From assembly GCF_009914755.1 (NCBI RefSeq), contig NC_060935.1: 64,000 nt of DNA; one strand, 5' to 3'. The notes under the pieces were generated by a model. The model had not been told where the DNA came from and did no database searches. It saw only the letters and a program-made list of their open reading frames with translations. Each line of letters starts with the position of its first letter. The stretch's first letter is position 1. Made by a program: the position numbers and the translations under genes. The DNA comes from the human T2T-CHM13v2.0 reference genome, Homo sapiens. Positions 1-17,800 of the stretch are shown here, piece by piece.

Positions 1-37
1 CTTGTCTCAAAAAAAAAAAAAAAAAAAAAAAAAAAAG
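1..37 (+). mobile_element. Alu 3' end and poly(A) tail
   Basis: gtctc followed by an A-run. Confidence 0.8.
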
Positions 38-2690
<2,653 letters not shown>

Positions 2691-3370
2691 TGTTCTAATA
2701 AGTCATCTATTAAAATTTTATTTTACTTCTGACAGATTGGAATGATAAATGAGTCTGTTTTCTCAATGGCTGGCATAATTTTGATAGCAAACTTTCCAAA
2801 CAGCAGGACATCACACCCCGACAACATGACTCATCTTCAGAGAAAATTTAGTTAGAATGACGGAGAATTCCAGAAAAATTACTGCATACTCAGAGTGCCA
2901 ATTTTTCAGAACTTCATGCAAAATGTTTATTTGGCCACAATCTCAAAACTATATTCCCAACTTGTTTCTGAAGTTTCATATTAATATTTGTAAACTTAAA
3001 TTGCCATTTAAAATGACATATCTATCTTCAAGAGCAACAGGGTTGAAAGTAACATTAAGATAACTTTCTAAAATATGTACAAAGCTTACAATTTACAAAG
3101 TGATTTCAGAGCTGTTTAAGCAGGAATTTATAAATGCAAAGAAAAATCTTACCTGGAGATGAAAATGACTAAACTTGTGGATGGTGAAAATGTAATTTTA
3201 GAAAATATATATTTACATATAGTAAAGCATGGAATAAGACTCAACATATTTGAAAAACAGTGAGAGATGACAAGAACTGAAAAAAGAAAATGCCTCTTTA
3301 TTTACATCCTTTAAGTAATATTCCCTTGAAAACATTCCAATTAGACCGCATAAGAAAGCCTTGCCTACAC

Positions 3371-3543
3371 CTGGGTCAGCAAATTATAGCCTGTGGGCCA
3401 AAACTGGCCATGCCTACTCATTTCCTTACTGTCTGTGGCTGCTTTTGCGGCACAGTTGAATAGCTGCAACAAGAGACTCTATGGCTCATAAACTGAAAAT
3501 ATTTACCAACTGACCCTTTATAGAAAGAGTTTGTGGCTCCCCA
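3371..3543. mobile_element. MER58-like hAT DNA transposon relic
   Basis: gggtcagcaaattatagcctgtgggccaaa...tttatagaaagagtttg, flanked by gcctaca repeats. Confidence 0.7.
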
Positions 3544-3883
3544 GCCTACAAAAGACTTTCATGTCCTCTATTGGGCTGGGAAAATCCTGTTCTTCAAGTT
3601 ATCTTTAGTCATGCTAGAAAAGAAGCAAACTGGGAAGAGAAAGACAAGAGAAATTCATAGGGGGTGAGTACTTTACCTTTCACCTTCTCACCTACTAGAG
3701 GTACTTTCAGTAAGGTAATTGTTCCGAGAATGCCAATGAGATGCTTGCTCGTATCCTGGAGACCTTGTTCTTATTTTCAGGCATTTTTATCTATCTCAGG
3801 GCTATGGATGCAAATGGCCTATTAAAGATTCAAATAAGAAGAAAGGAAAGAAGACCTCTTTTTGGAGCCCACTGACACACTTA

Positions 3884-4697
<814 letters not shown>

Positions 4698-5921
4698 TTA
4701 TATTAGGATGACAAGTATTATGTATATCACAAATTAAATCATGTAACTTCTGTGAGGAATCACACTTAAATAAACATAAATTAAAAGTGTAATGAATAGT
4801 CAAGAAATAAAATATCAGTAATTCAACTAAAAAATGTCAGGAAAATAATACCATTTAAATAATTTCTAAAAACAATATAATTTTGAATTCATTACCTACA
4901 CTGTTCTGTTTCATGAAGGCTTGCTTATTGTCAAATTGCAGTGATTTCTATTTAGGACTCTATAAAAACACCCAAAGTTTGTCAGAGGCTAACCCATCAG
5001 TAAAATTTATCTTTCATAAAATCACTATACAAACTCATCATCCAGATTTCAGTTTACTTTTCAGACTATAAACTTTTATTAGAAATTTCTGGATTAACCA
5101 GAAGTTCACTAGAGGGAAAAATAACTTTATTTCCTCAGAGAGGTATAAAGGAGTTACACTTTTTTCCTGGAAATATTTTTGTTAGAGGATGTGGTGTACG
5201 TGGGAAATCCCCTCACAGTTTTACAATCACAGGTTACAGAATCCTTTACAATTTTAGATGTGGAAGAATTTACTCAATAATCAAATATTTTAGGGAGGCT
5301 TTTTTTTTTTTAAAGAACATTCCTAATTGGTACTGCATGTTCTAACTGGGGAAAAAAAAAATCCATGTTAAAAACTGTCCTAATTTACTTCCCTATTTAT
5401 TTTGAAAGTAAGAGACATCAAATCAAGCTTTCAAAGTTTTTGAAAATGTACTCAAAGTACTAATGTGCAGGCAAAGATATGGCCCTCTTTCATTAAAATA
5501 TATTTTAAAAAAGCAGAACATCAACAATTAAGTGTTTCAATTTGTGAACTTCAATTCATGTTTCCATTTGTGAACTTCACAATGCAATATCATCAGGTAT
5601 CAATTCTGTGTTGGCCTTTAATTTTCAGAGGAGCAAAGAACATTATATAATTTGGTCTTTTAGTAGAATAATTATCATAGAATAATAGGTTTTGTTCCAT
5701 GAAATATAAAAAAAATTGAGTTAGAAGAGTCAATAGTGATGGGTAGCGATAATATTTTTATGGTTTGACACATGACTGTGAAAAGATCAGGGTTCCAACA
5801 AATGGGTGTGGTGTTATTTCAGTGATATAATGGTGGGTATTTTCATTGCCCCAAAGGCAAGCTTGTATGTACATGTTCTCACCCAGGGCATGCATACATA
5901 CATACAAAACCACATAGGTTC

Positions 5922-6218
<297 letters not shown>

Positions 6219-7005
6219 CCACATAGGTTCTTTATCCCAGCAACTGAAAATGGAGACCGGTTAGCCAGTGCTTTCTCTGAAGATGAGGTTTCTTTTTTAA
6301 AATGTTGTTGTTGTCAGTAGTAGTTTTTGCAAAACCACCGGTGACTGATTCTAAGATCCTGAGGGGAAAAAAAGGGTGTAATGGCATTCTGCCTCCCATT
6401 ATATCAGCTTCTCTGTAGTGCTGATTCCATAGCATATTTGATACTGGGTTAAGAATGGGAAACAGTCACTCAGAGATTTTGCTACTAGCTTTCTGCCTCT
6501 CTTTTTCCCACTGAGAGATATTGTAGCTGTTCTTTCAAATATTTAGCAAGTATTTTTTCTTATGACCTAAGTATTCCTTCATCTTAGGTCCCCCATTTTG
6601 ATTAAGAGCACCAACAATGTTCTTACCAAAAACTGAAATCTTCAACTTGAAATGTTCAATGTCCTTACCTTAAATTCTTATTCTAGAAGGATAAGATACA
6701 GGGGACTACTCTATACCTAAATTTCCCATGCAGTGGGGTTCCCTTCTTTCTTCTTTTAATGAGACCCACATAAAAATGACCAATTAGCTGTATGAATTTA
6801 GTAAAGAAGTATAATTTAACAAAATATTACCTGAACAATGGGATATTGGGAAAATATTTTTCCCCCAGTTCTAAGAAGCTGGTAAGTGCTTCCATCTTCT
6901 CATGAGATCTAGGTTTTTGTGAATCAAGATGTAAGTGCAACTACATCTGAGTCTCTTATTCATATAAGAAATAAAGTTGAATAATGAAGGAAATTCAAGT
7001 TTTCA

Positions 7006-7188
<183 letters not shown>

Positions 7189-8199
7189 TTAATATAAAAG
7201 CACTACTTGTATTGTTGACACCTACTTAGCTCAAATTGTTTCTTCTCCTTTCCCACAGCCACTACTCGTCCAGACTCTTGTTAAGCCTCTCCTTCTTTAG
7301 GTTACTTTTAATATGGCAGTAGACTAATTTCCCATAAAACACCACTGTCATCAGGATACTGTCTTAGGAAAAACGTGCAGGAAAATGTAAAGTGAGACAC
7401 AAACTACTTATCACCCCAAATCTAAACTCCTTGGTTTAGCTTGTCGGGGAGGACTGCCCTGAACCCACTCTGGTTATCCTCATGCCACTGTCCCTACCAC
7501 AGTTCCCACAAAGCATGCTTGTTGGAGTCCTCCTACATGGAAAGCCAGCCTGCCCACTTCTCTACTTACTCAAACTCTCTTTCTACCAACTCACAAGCCT
7601 TTCTTTGAGATCATATGGCCTTCATAGTTGGCAACACATTTGCTTATTTCTTAACTGTTTTAAGTGTGTATATGTGATGTCCTGACTCTAATTAGCTGTA
7701 AACTTTAAGAAGCATAGAAAAATAATATAATTCCCCTTTTTTGAAGGAGAAAAATAAGAAATCAGAAACTTGAGTATCCTTTTGAGAATCAGCTTTAATT
7801 AAAGGGAAACTAAGATGTAATGGACCTAGAAGTACTTTATTTATTCAAACAATTTAACCCTTCTTGCTGACAGAAAATCTAGGCAATCCAGAGAATTAAA
7901 CAGAGAACCTATTTCCTGACTAATCAGATGGAGGTGAAGACTCTGAAGACTGTTCTTGATTATATTCTTCTCTATCACAAAGAACTCTTCTGGTGTTTTC
8001 TTGCCATTCAGTAAAAAGTGATAAGGCTTCTTTTATTATCAAATAGTTTCACCAGACTCCATCTTTAGTTATTTGCAATGTAAACCTGAAGGTTATGAAA
8101 CATGTTTGAGATAACAGCTGGGAATCATAAAATACTGATATTTCCTAAATTAAACTTATTGTAAATCACTTGTGTAACTTTTATTTTTTAATTTTTATT

Positions 8200-8261
8200 A
8201 GTGGGCTTTCTGGCAAAAACTGGAAAGTCTGCTAGACAAATTCTAAAAGAGCTGTAACACT
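8200..8261 (-). pseudogene. Retroposed U7 snRNA pseudogene (RNU7-type)
   Basis: Reverse complement agtgttacagctcttttagaatttgtctagcagactttccagtttttgccagaaagccc matches U7. A-rich tail at about 8180-8199 and gtgtaactt on both flanks as a likely TSD. Confidence 0.93.
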
Positions 8262-8944
8262 AGGTGTAACTTAAACTCAATGGGATTTTTGAAATTTTTT
8301 CCCAGCTAAAGCTATATATATCTTTTGTTTCATATACCCAGGCAACTCTTAAAATTTTTAAATTGCTACATCTCTGTTGCAGCTGATATAACAGGCTTGA
8401 TACAGGTATATATTTCTGAAACTAATATAAATATACATGTTTCTGATAGTTTCTAAATGTAAAATACCACACAAAGCTTTGTCTCTTCCATTGAAGGCTG
8501 AGATAACAAACATCATAGGCTCCTCTCCGACCCTATGGTGCTAAGACAAGATGCTTGGTCCACTGCTGTAAATCCCTAGGAACTTGCTCATGCTTCAGCA
8601 TACCATACCTGGATATTACCTGGTAAGCAAAGCTAGACAGGTGGCTAGCTGTGCAACTGAGAAATAATATACTGTCTGGAACCTCAAATTTTCTATAATC
8701 CCCAATCTACCCTTCTTTCAGGCAAAGGAAGGGCCTCTTTTCCAAAGTCTGCAAAGCTCTCCCTAGTATTGTAATTTGTATTGGCAGATGCCCGAATTCT
8801 ACATGGTTAACAGTGAATGAAATTTTAGCCCTTATATTTTATCACCGATGGAAGATAACTTAAAACTATTGTTATTTCGTCATAACTGAAGTTTAAAACT
8901 TTCAACATAAATTTCTAAAAACTTTCTAGAAAATAAGGGTTCAT

Positions 8945-9560
8945 ACTAAAGAAATATGACAACTAAATGCAATGCCTGATCCTGGATTAGATCCTGGACC
9001 AGGAATAAAAAAGTTAGGTACTAAACTAAAAAAGGATCATTAACACAATGTGAATATAGACTCTGGGTTAGATAAAAGTTTTATATTAATTAAATTTTCT
9101 GGCTTTGATTACTGTGCTTATATAAGATAATGCCGGACAAGGGGAGGGATAGCATTAGGACAAATACCTAATGCATGCAGGGTTTAAAACCTAGATGATG
9201 GATTGATGGCTGCAGCACACCACCATGGCACATGTATACCTATGTAACAAACCTGCACGTTCTGCACATGTATTCCAGAACTTAAAGTATAATAAATAAA
9301 TTTAAAAAACAAAATAAAATAAAAAACATAAAAAGATAATGTCTTTGTTCTTAGGAAACATATTGTGATGTACTTAAGGATAAAGGGACATCTTATATCT
9401 AACTCAAATGGCTCAAAAAAAATATGTGTATATATGAGAGAGAGAATGATAAACAAATGGACCAAAGTAGAAACTACTGGTGAATCTGGGTAAAATATAT
9501 ACAGAAATTCTTTGTTCTACTGTTATGAATTTTCAGTAAGTTTGAAATGTTCAAGAGTTA
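8945..9560 (+). mobile_element. Old L1M 3' fragment with a nested L1PA 3' end at about 9135-9330
   Basis: gacaactaaatgcaatg...atcctggattagatcctggacc; nested ggggagggatagcattagg...cttaaagtataataa with TSD aagataatg. Confidence 0.75.
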
Positions 9561-9949
9561 TGAAAAACAGAAAATATAGCCTCCTGTTTCTAGATAAAAG
9601 CAAATCTGTCCACTGGGCCTGGATATTAATAAAAGCTGAAGGGATTGGTCAAAAGCATTTAGAAAGTGATCAATATGGAAAAAAGAGAAAATAGAATTTC
9701 ACATTCTAAAAATGCATTGTGAGCAATGGACATGACAGTCAAAGCCTCTGGTAGCTTTTAGTTTTTGAAACTTGCTACATTTATCAATGCTGCTGTTCCG
9801 TAACTTTATGATCTTGGCCCCATGGGCTTGACAGAAACAGAACAGTGAATGAAAACAGCAATCGCTTACACCTGGACACAAAGGATAGGTTACTCCTTTT
9901 GCAATCAATTACGGGAGGGCTGAAATTAACAGACTTGTCTTTCTTCTTA

Positions 9950-10126
<177 letters not shown>

Positions 10127-11248
10127 CTAGAAGCAAAAGAGATTAAACACAAAAGAAGCATTAAGGATTTCCTGGCAACTTTCCCCCAAACAACAGAATA
10201 TAATAACACAAAATGGCAAGACTGGAGGTCAAAGGGACTTTGGATAACATGCAATACAATTTTTAAATTTTTAAAAATAAAAAAAGGCTCAAAAAGGTTT
10301 ACTTGCCATAAATGGCTAGTTGGCAAGGAAAATCATGTATCTTCAAGTCAGTTTCTTTAAGATTATTTCTTCTACAATGGGATAGGGAATTGTATAGCAA
10401 ACACGCCCTTCTCATTTCTCAACTGGTTGGTTCCAGATAGAGAATTTGGCCTAATAAGGTCTCTTCCTACCCAGATACAACAAATGTAGGAAGAAAAGAA
10501 ATCCGTTTGACTAGAATCCTAATCAGTACAGCTAGGCAATATTTGAGTGTGGAGTTCTTTGGTAGTCGGGACAGTGAGGAAATCCTTAGGCAGCCAATGC
10601 TTTCAGGTGATGAGAGAAGGTCTGGAGCCTAAAGATCAGCAGCCTTACATTTCACACAATTAGCATAGAAGCCAATAGGAGAGATCCTTGACTAGAAGGA
10701 AAGAGGCAAGAACTGGCATTCTTAGAAATCTGAGAAGTGATGAAGAATAAGACAAGCAAAATATTGCAAACTGAGAATTTAAGAACAGGAAAAACTAAGA
10801 AAAGGTCACTTCTTCCAGGGTCTGGTTTGCATTATTCAATAATTATTGAGTTATTGCAGTAATTCTACAAAGTTCTGATACAGTCATAAACCCCTGGAAA
10901 ACCTCTTGCTTTATCAGGGGTATGCAACTAGTACCAATAGAACTTTAGCCCTAGCTATACTGTTTACCTTTCCATAGAACAGCCACAGGGCATTTCCTTC
11001 AAAACAGATGACAAGATAATTGCTTTTTATCTAAAGGCTTCATCAAACAGGTATTGAGGTATAACTTGGCAGAGAATAAGAACCAATCGTACTTGTCTAA
11101 GTTTCTAAGATCACTCATTATTGAGTATCTGCTGGTACTCTGAGTTGGCTAAGGGGCTCCAGGGATTAAATCCAAGACTATTCATGAGTTTACTCAGCTG
11201 ATGACTACCCTCTCAGACCCTATGATCTTCCCCATTCTCATCCTCTTA

Positions 11249-11506
<258 letters not shown>

Positions 11507-12825
11507 TTATAGCTCACTTTTAGAGTGTCTACTGCTTACTTCATCAGTCTCTGCTAGAGAAATGTATTTGAAGAGGACACTGCCCAGGGATGCAGTGAAA
11601 GAAAGTGCCCTTCACTCCAGAAAAGGATTATGTCTCAGGAGTGGCAAGTGACTTACATTTCACACAACTAGCACAGGAGGCAGTAGAAGGGATCCTTGAC
11701 TAGAAGGAATGAGGCAAGAACTGGAATTCTTGGAAATCTGAGAAGTTAGAGACAAGTGACTTGCCACTCCTGAGACAGAGTCCTTTCCTCGAGTGAAGAA
11801 ACTGTCACAGCCTGACTGCCTTCATTCTTTCTATCTCCCCAACCTACTGTGTGCCACATAAGATCACCTGGTTTAAGGCAATTTTATAGGAAGGGAGGTT
11901 TTACAAAAAAAAAAAAAAATACTCCTCAAGTATTGAAAAGACATCCAAGATATTTAATATAAGGATAAAGCAAAAGAGAATAGGTTTTTAAAGTTTGTTT
12001 CGAAATATGTAAAAGATGTTATACTATATATATGTGCCTTTGGAAAACAAGCCTGGACTTAAGCGCAAGACTTTTAGGAGTTTATTAAAGCAAACATGGG
12101 AAAATATAAATAATTATTTATCAAGTACCTGAGGTTATGAAGATGAGAGTCTAGAAAAAAAGTAGCACACTCAAGACCTCCCTTGAAGAGCTTCCAATTT
12201 CCCGTGGGAGGAGAGTCACATGCAGAATATAATAATATGTGGTTAGCTCCTACGTTTGAGGGAACAGTCTACAGGGATTTAAATATTTCAGAGAAGGATC
12301 TCTGCATGCTAGCTGGATAGAAAATGATTTTTGGGAGAATTGAGAGAGAAGATGGAGCTTTAAAGGAAGTGTAGAATCTGGATTTGCAGAAGGGAAAGGA
12401 AGAGCATTTTAGGCAGTGGTAGAGGAACATAACAGGAGTGGCAATGAACAAGGCCTCCCAGCTAGTAAGCCAGGGTGGGGAGGGGGTGGGGAGATCTGAA
12501 CTAGGTTCATCTTATTTAACAGCTCATACATTTCTTCATTTATTATAATCAGAATCCTAATTCCCTGGATCTATCAATCTGTAATCTAGAAAAATTCTGA
12601 CTATATTCTTACATCAAGCTCATATCCAGAGGCTAAGCAAAGTCAGGATGTACATAGGATTTAAGTTCTAGGATGTATTTAACACCTACATTTATATAAC
12701 ATGTAAAATTATAATATTTCTATGTGTCATCAAAGGATAAATTTTAAATTAGAAATTTAAAAGGAAATAAAAAGATTTTCTTTGACAAAAATAATTTTCC
12801 TAAGTGAAATTAATTCAAAATTTGA

Positions 12826-12993
12826 AAGGAAAAGGCAGAGAATATGAGATTTCACACTAAGCATACTTTAAAATAAATAAATTACAGCAATTTAAATGAC
12901 CACATAAGCAAGGAAAAGGCAGAGAATATGAGATTTCACACTACGCATAACTTCAAAATAAATAAATTACAGCAATTTAAATGACCACATAAG
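12826..12993. repeat. Tandem duplication of about 84 bp
   Basis: aaggaaaaggcagagaatatgagatttcacac...gaccacataag at 12826 and 12910. Confidence 0.95.
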
Positions 12994-13446
12994 TATCACG
13001 TTTACGTGTCCAAAATGTGTGTTTATGGCCATTAACCTCACAAAAGTCCTACTATAAAAAATTGTAAGTACTGCATAGTTTCTTTTAAAAATACGTTTAC
13101 TTTCAAATACAATTTGTGTATAGCAATATGAAGGAGCGGGCTAAGACACTTTTCTCCTTTTCACTTTTTCAAAATAAGCAAAACTATTCTTACAAATTCA
13201 TCTTTCCTTATTTAATTTTATGAACTGTTGCGCATTATATGGTAAGCAGTCTTTTATGACTGATGTACTAAGCCATCTTGATTCTATTCAACCTAGGAAT
13301 AATGCAACTGTTAAGATTTAAAAGAGAATACATTTTATATATCTGAATTCACTTGTCCAACCAATGAGTAGCACATAGTGCATACTCATCAAATGCTACT
13401 GCATACATAATTTCAAAGGAGAAAGGCACTTTCGTGACCATTTAGC

Positions 13447-13625
13447 CCAGTGGTTCTCAATTACAATCACTTGTGGGGCTAAAGAAATACACAGATGCCT
13501 GGGTCTCCCTATTTCTACTGCTTCAGATTCTAATACAATTGTTTGAGGGTTGGGCCCAGAAACTGGTATTTTTTTTTAAAGATTCCCAGATAATTCAAAT
13601 ATACAGCCAACATTAAGAACCACTG
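13447..13625. mobile_element. MER5-like hAT relic, followed by a MIR fragment
   Basis: Terminal inverted repeats cagtggttctca...taagaaccactg. Confidence 0.75.
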
Positions 13626-14409
13626 AATTATCACCAATGAAAGCCCAATCTCCCAATTTTATAAAAGAGGAAAATAAAGTCCAGAAAGGTTAAGTGATTT
13701 AAGTCACTGAGCTTTGACTTGGAGTCCTGTTGTTTTGCCCAAAGTCTTAATTATGTGCTTTTCCTATCAACAAGAGCATTTTACATATAGACTATAGTGA
13801 ATTTAAGAAGATAATGTAGATTACTTCTGGTAGGGCATGCTATTCCTTTCCAATATAGAAGGCTGTACTGAATAGTAGAAAATAGAAACAGAAGTTATAG
13901 GAGTTTGGCAAGTAGAAGAGAAGTTGTCTGCTAAAAGGGAAGTGGAGTTAATTGGAATGGAATAAGAGGGAAGTGGGATTAGCTGGTGCTGGACAACCTT
14001 GTGATAGTTAGCATATCCTTCCACAAAAAGGTTCAAGTATCTGCAAGACCTTAGTTTTACAGTTAACTGTAGGACTCAGAAAGCGTGGACAAACCAGCAA
14101 GGGATATATTCAGCAGTTAGAGTGAATATCTCTAGGGTATAACACTCTGCCTCATGAAATGAAATTATGATCATTTCAGCAAATGAACCCTTGATTTATT
14201 GTTTAGAAGATAACACTTTGTTCTTCAAGTAAAAAACTATGACCCAAATTATCATTAGCTCTGTCAGACTAAAGTATTTCACCAAAATACCTGTGTGGCA
14301 AAAAGCTGACTTTGGATTTAAAATGATCTGCAAATCACTGTGCACAGATGGGATCGAGACCTCATGTACCACACAGATACCCATGTTCTGATGGCATATC
14401 GAGTCATAC

Positions 14410-14605
14410 CTAACTGATCATGGGGTGTTCCTCTGAAGAGAATTCTGTATGTGGTGAGGAACAAGGCTCCTTCTGCTGGCAGGAGCTGAGGGCCTCCAAG
14501 AAGACCTCCAGTAGCTTCTTCTCTTCCATCAGGATCCAGCAAGACTCGAAGACCCTCACAGACAATTTCTTCTCCTGGCAGCAGAGCAGGTCTAAGAATC
14601 TTGGG
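14410..14605 (-). CDS. SBF2: SBF2 coding exon, 196 nt, [15 protein letters not shown]...GTPHDQL(V); start of GRAM domain (phase 0-1)
   Basis: tttttctgttgtaag|CCC acceptor (AAG type), TAG|gtatga donor; contains the GRAM-like motif [13 protein letters not shown]. Confidence 0.96.
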
Positions 14606-14620
14606 CTTACAACAGAAAAA

Positions 14621-14936
14621 GATTGATTGATTGATTGATTGACTAATTGATTGATTTTTGGAGACAGGGTCTTGCTCTGTTGCCCAGCCTAGAATACAGT
14701 AGTGCAATCATAGTTCACTGCAGCATCAAACTCCTGGGCTCAAAAGATCCTCTGACCTCAGCCTCCTGAGTAGCTGAGACTACAGGCATGCACCACTATG
14801 CCTGGCTTATTTTTAAATTTTTTTTGTACAGATGGGATCTTGCTACATTGCCCAGGCTGGTCTCAAACTCCTGGCCTCAAGCAATCCACCTGCCCCAGCC
14901 TCCCAAAGTGCTAGGATTACAGGCATGAGCCACCAT
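14621..14936 (-). mobile_element. AluJ with (GATT)n tail abutting the exon acceptor
   Basis: AluJ diagnostics (aactcctgggctcaa); microsatellite at 14621-14655. Confidence 0.9.
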
Positions 14937-15240
14937 AGAAAAGTATTTTAAACACAACTTTTGTGGAGTTTCTAATACTTAGTCCATGGTTATCTTTTCA
15001 GTTACAGACCTAAAAAACTTAAGCCAGACTTCCCAGATAGTCACATGAGAAACCTGATTTGGTAAGAGGCAGAAATGAAGTTTATATACCCAAATGTGAG
15101 AGGATTCTTTGCAGAATTGTGTAAAAGTAAAGTCATTGAGAAATAACTCAAATATCTGAAATATTCATTCAATGAAACATTTTGTAACCTTTAAAAAATG
15201 ACATAGATCTATATGTGTTAACATGGAAAAATATCCAGAA

Positions 15241-15584
<344 letters not shown>

Positions 15585-16156
15585 TTAGAAACCAGAATGT
15601 ACATTATAATCCCATTTTTGGAAAAAGAATAGGAATTGTAAGACTGTGAACCCAACTGTTAAAGGCAATGGTATCACAGTTAAGGGTGGAGGTGGAGGTA
15701 GTATAGGGAGGACTGCAGGGGACTTTCACTTTCTACAATGTGTATTTCTTTTATGCTCAAATTTATACAAAGAACATTATTACTTTTGAAATTATTTGCA
15801 CATTATTTTGTTTTTCAAGAAAACAAAAAATATGGACGAGCTTTTAACTAGACCTGTCCTTGGCCACGTAATGAACATTTACACAACTCAGGAAATTCTG
15901 ACTCAGTAACCATATAATACATTCCTCTGAAGAGTTTAGGGCTAGGAAAAAAAAATCTCTCCTGAAGGTCTAATATGTTTATTTTTTACTAAGCAATAAA
16001 AACTAATCAGCACTATTATTTTTGTTGGCTCTAGTGAGTTTAGAGCTAAATGTAAAGCCAAAGTATAATAATCGCTGTGTCTCAGGTTTCTGATAGAATT
16101 ATATTCCTACCTATCTGCCTTCTGCTCACTCCTTTGACTAAATGAATGAATTTACC

Positions 16157-16461
16157 TATTTATTTATTTATTTATGAGACTGGGTCTTGCTCTGTCACCC
16201 AGGCTGGAGTGCAATGACATGATCTCAGCTCACTGCAGCCTCAACCTCTTGGCCTCAAGTGATCCTCCCACTTCAGCCTCCTGAGTATCTGGGACTACAG
16301 ATAACACCACCACGGCTGGCTAACTTTTACATTATTTTTTGTAGAGATGGGGTTTCATCATGTTGCCCAGGCGCTGGTCTCAAACTCCTGGGCTCAAGTC
16401 ATCTGCCTGCCTCGGACTGCCAAAGTGTTGGGATTATAGGCGTGAGCCATGGCTCCTGGCC
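16157..16461 (-). mobile_element. AluJ
   Basis: Full dimer with (TTTA)n tail. Confidence 0.9.
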
Positions 16462-17020
16462 TCAATTTGTTTTTGTTCTATTATAAAGTTCTGTTATATA
16501 GGCAAGAGGGTCCTGAACCATAGTCTACTGGCGCCAGACTACAAAGTAATCATCTGAGAGCCTTGTTAAAATACAGATTCCCAGACATGTTCTGGGGTAC
16601 TCCAATTCAGGAGGCTGGGGTTGGGTCCAGGACTCTGAATTTTTAATAGACTTTCCAGCTGTTTGGGATGTATAGTCAGATTCAGAAACCTGGGTTTTTT
16701 ATGATAATTGCCTTAAATCCTTTTTGGTGGTGGGGGAGGGGGAGAAAATAGGCACAGTATAAAATCTTGGGTTGGGCTTAGAGGTTAGAAATGTTCCTAA
16801 TTTATGCCCTGCCTATAAAAGTAGACTCAATGAGAGGTTATTATTGCTCCTTTGTTGAATCTAAGAAAAGATTCTGTTCCTATTTCAGTATCCTTTTTAT
16901 AAGGTTCTATATGACACACTTCTCTGACAGTTTAACATATCATTAAAACTGGAGTTAGTGTCTGTCAAAGGTTAGGTGAACATCCTTTCCTGGCACACAG
17001 CAGTCTATTGTTTGTTTTTA

Positions 17021-17146
<126 letters not shown>

Positions 17147-17231
17147 TCAGAGTATTCAAAATGAAAGAACACAGACAAGCAGGATAAAAACAAATTCTGG
17201 ATATTTTAGAATTAAAAGTTAATTACAGTTT

Positions 17232-17800
17232 ACTGGTTCCTCAAAAAAGTTAAAGAGAATTACCATTATGACCCAGCAATTCCACTTCTACATATATACC
17301 CAAAAGAAATGAAAGGACTCAAACAGATACTTATATGTGGATATTCATGTATTATTATTTATAATAGCTAAAAGGGAGGGAGAAGTAACTCAAATGTCCA
17401 TCAACAGATGAATGGATAAAATGTGGGACAGCCATACCATGGAAAGTTACTCAGCCATAAAAAGGAATGAAATTCTGATACATGCCACAACACGTATGAA
17501 CCTTGAAAACATTATACTAAATGAAATAAACCAAACCCAAAAGTACAAATATTATCTAAGTCCACTTATGTGAAATATCTAGAACAGGCAACTTTATAGA
17601 GACAGAAAATACATTAGAAGTTACCAGGGGAAACAGGAGTTACTGCTTAATGGGTAGAGTGTTTGGGGTAATAAAAAAGTTTTAGAAATAGATAACAGTG
17701 ATGGCTGCACAACATTGTAGATGTAATTAATGCCACTGAATTGTACACTTAGATTATTTTATGTTATATATGTATTTTACAACAATTTAAAAACATTTTA
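17232..17800 (+). mobile_element. L1MB-like 3' end
   Basis: gacccagcaattccacttcta, aatgtccatcaacagatgaatggataaa, aatgccactgaattgtacactt. Confidence 0.85.

Noticed and set aside
6660-6710. Possible 14-nt microexon (ccttctag|aataagaatttaag|gtaagg)
   Set aside because: Not frame-preserving, no further support, and plausible by chance.
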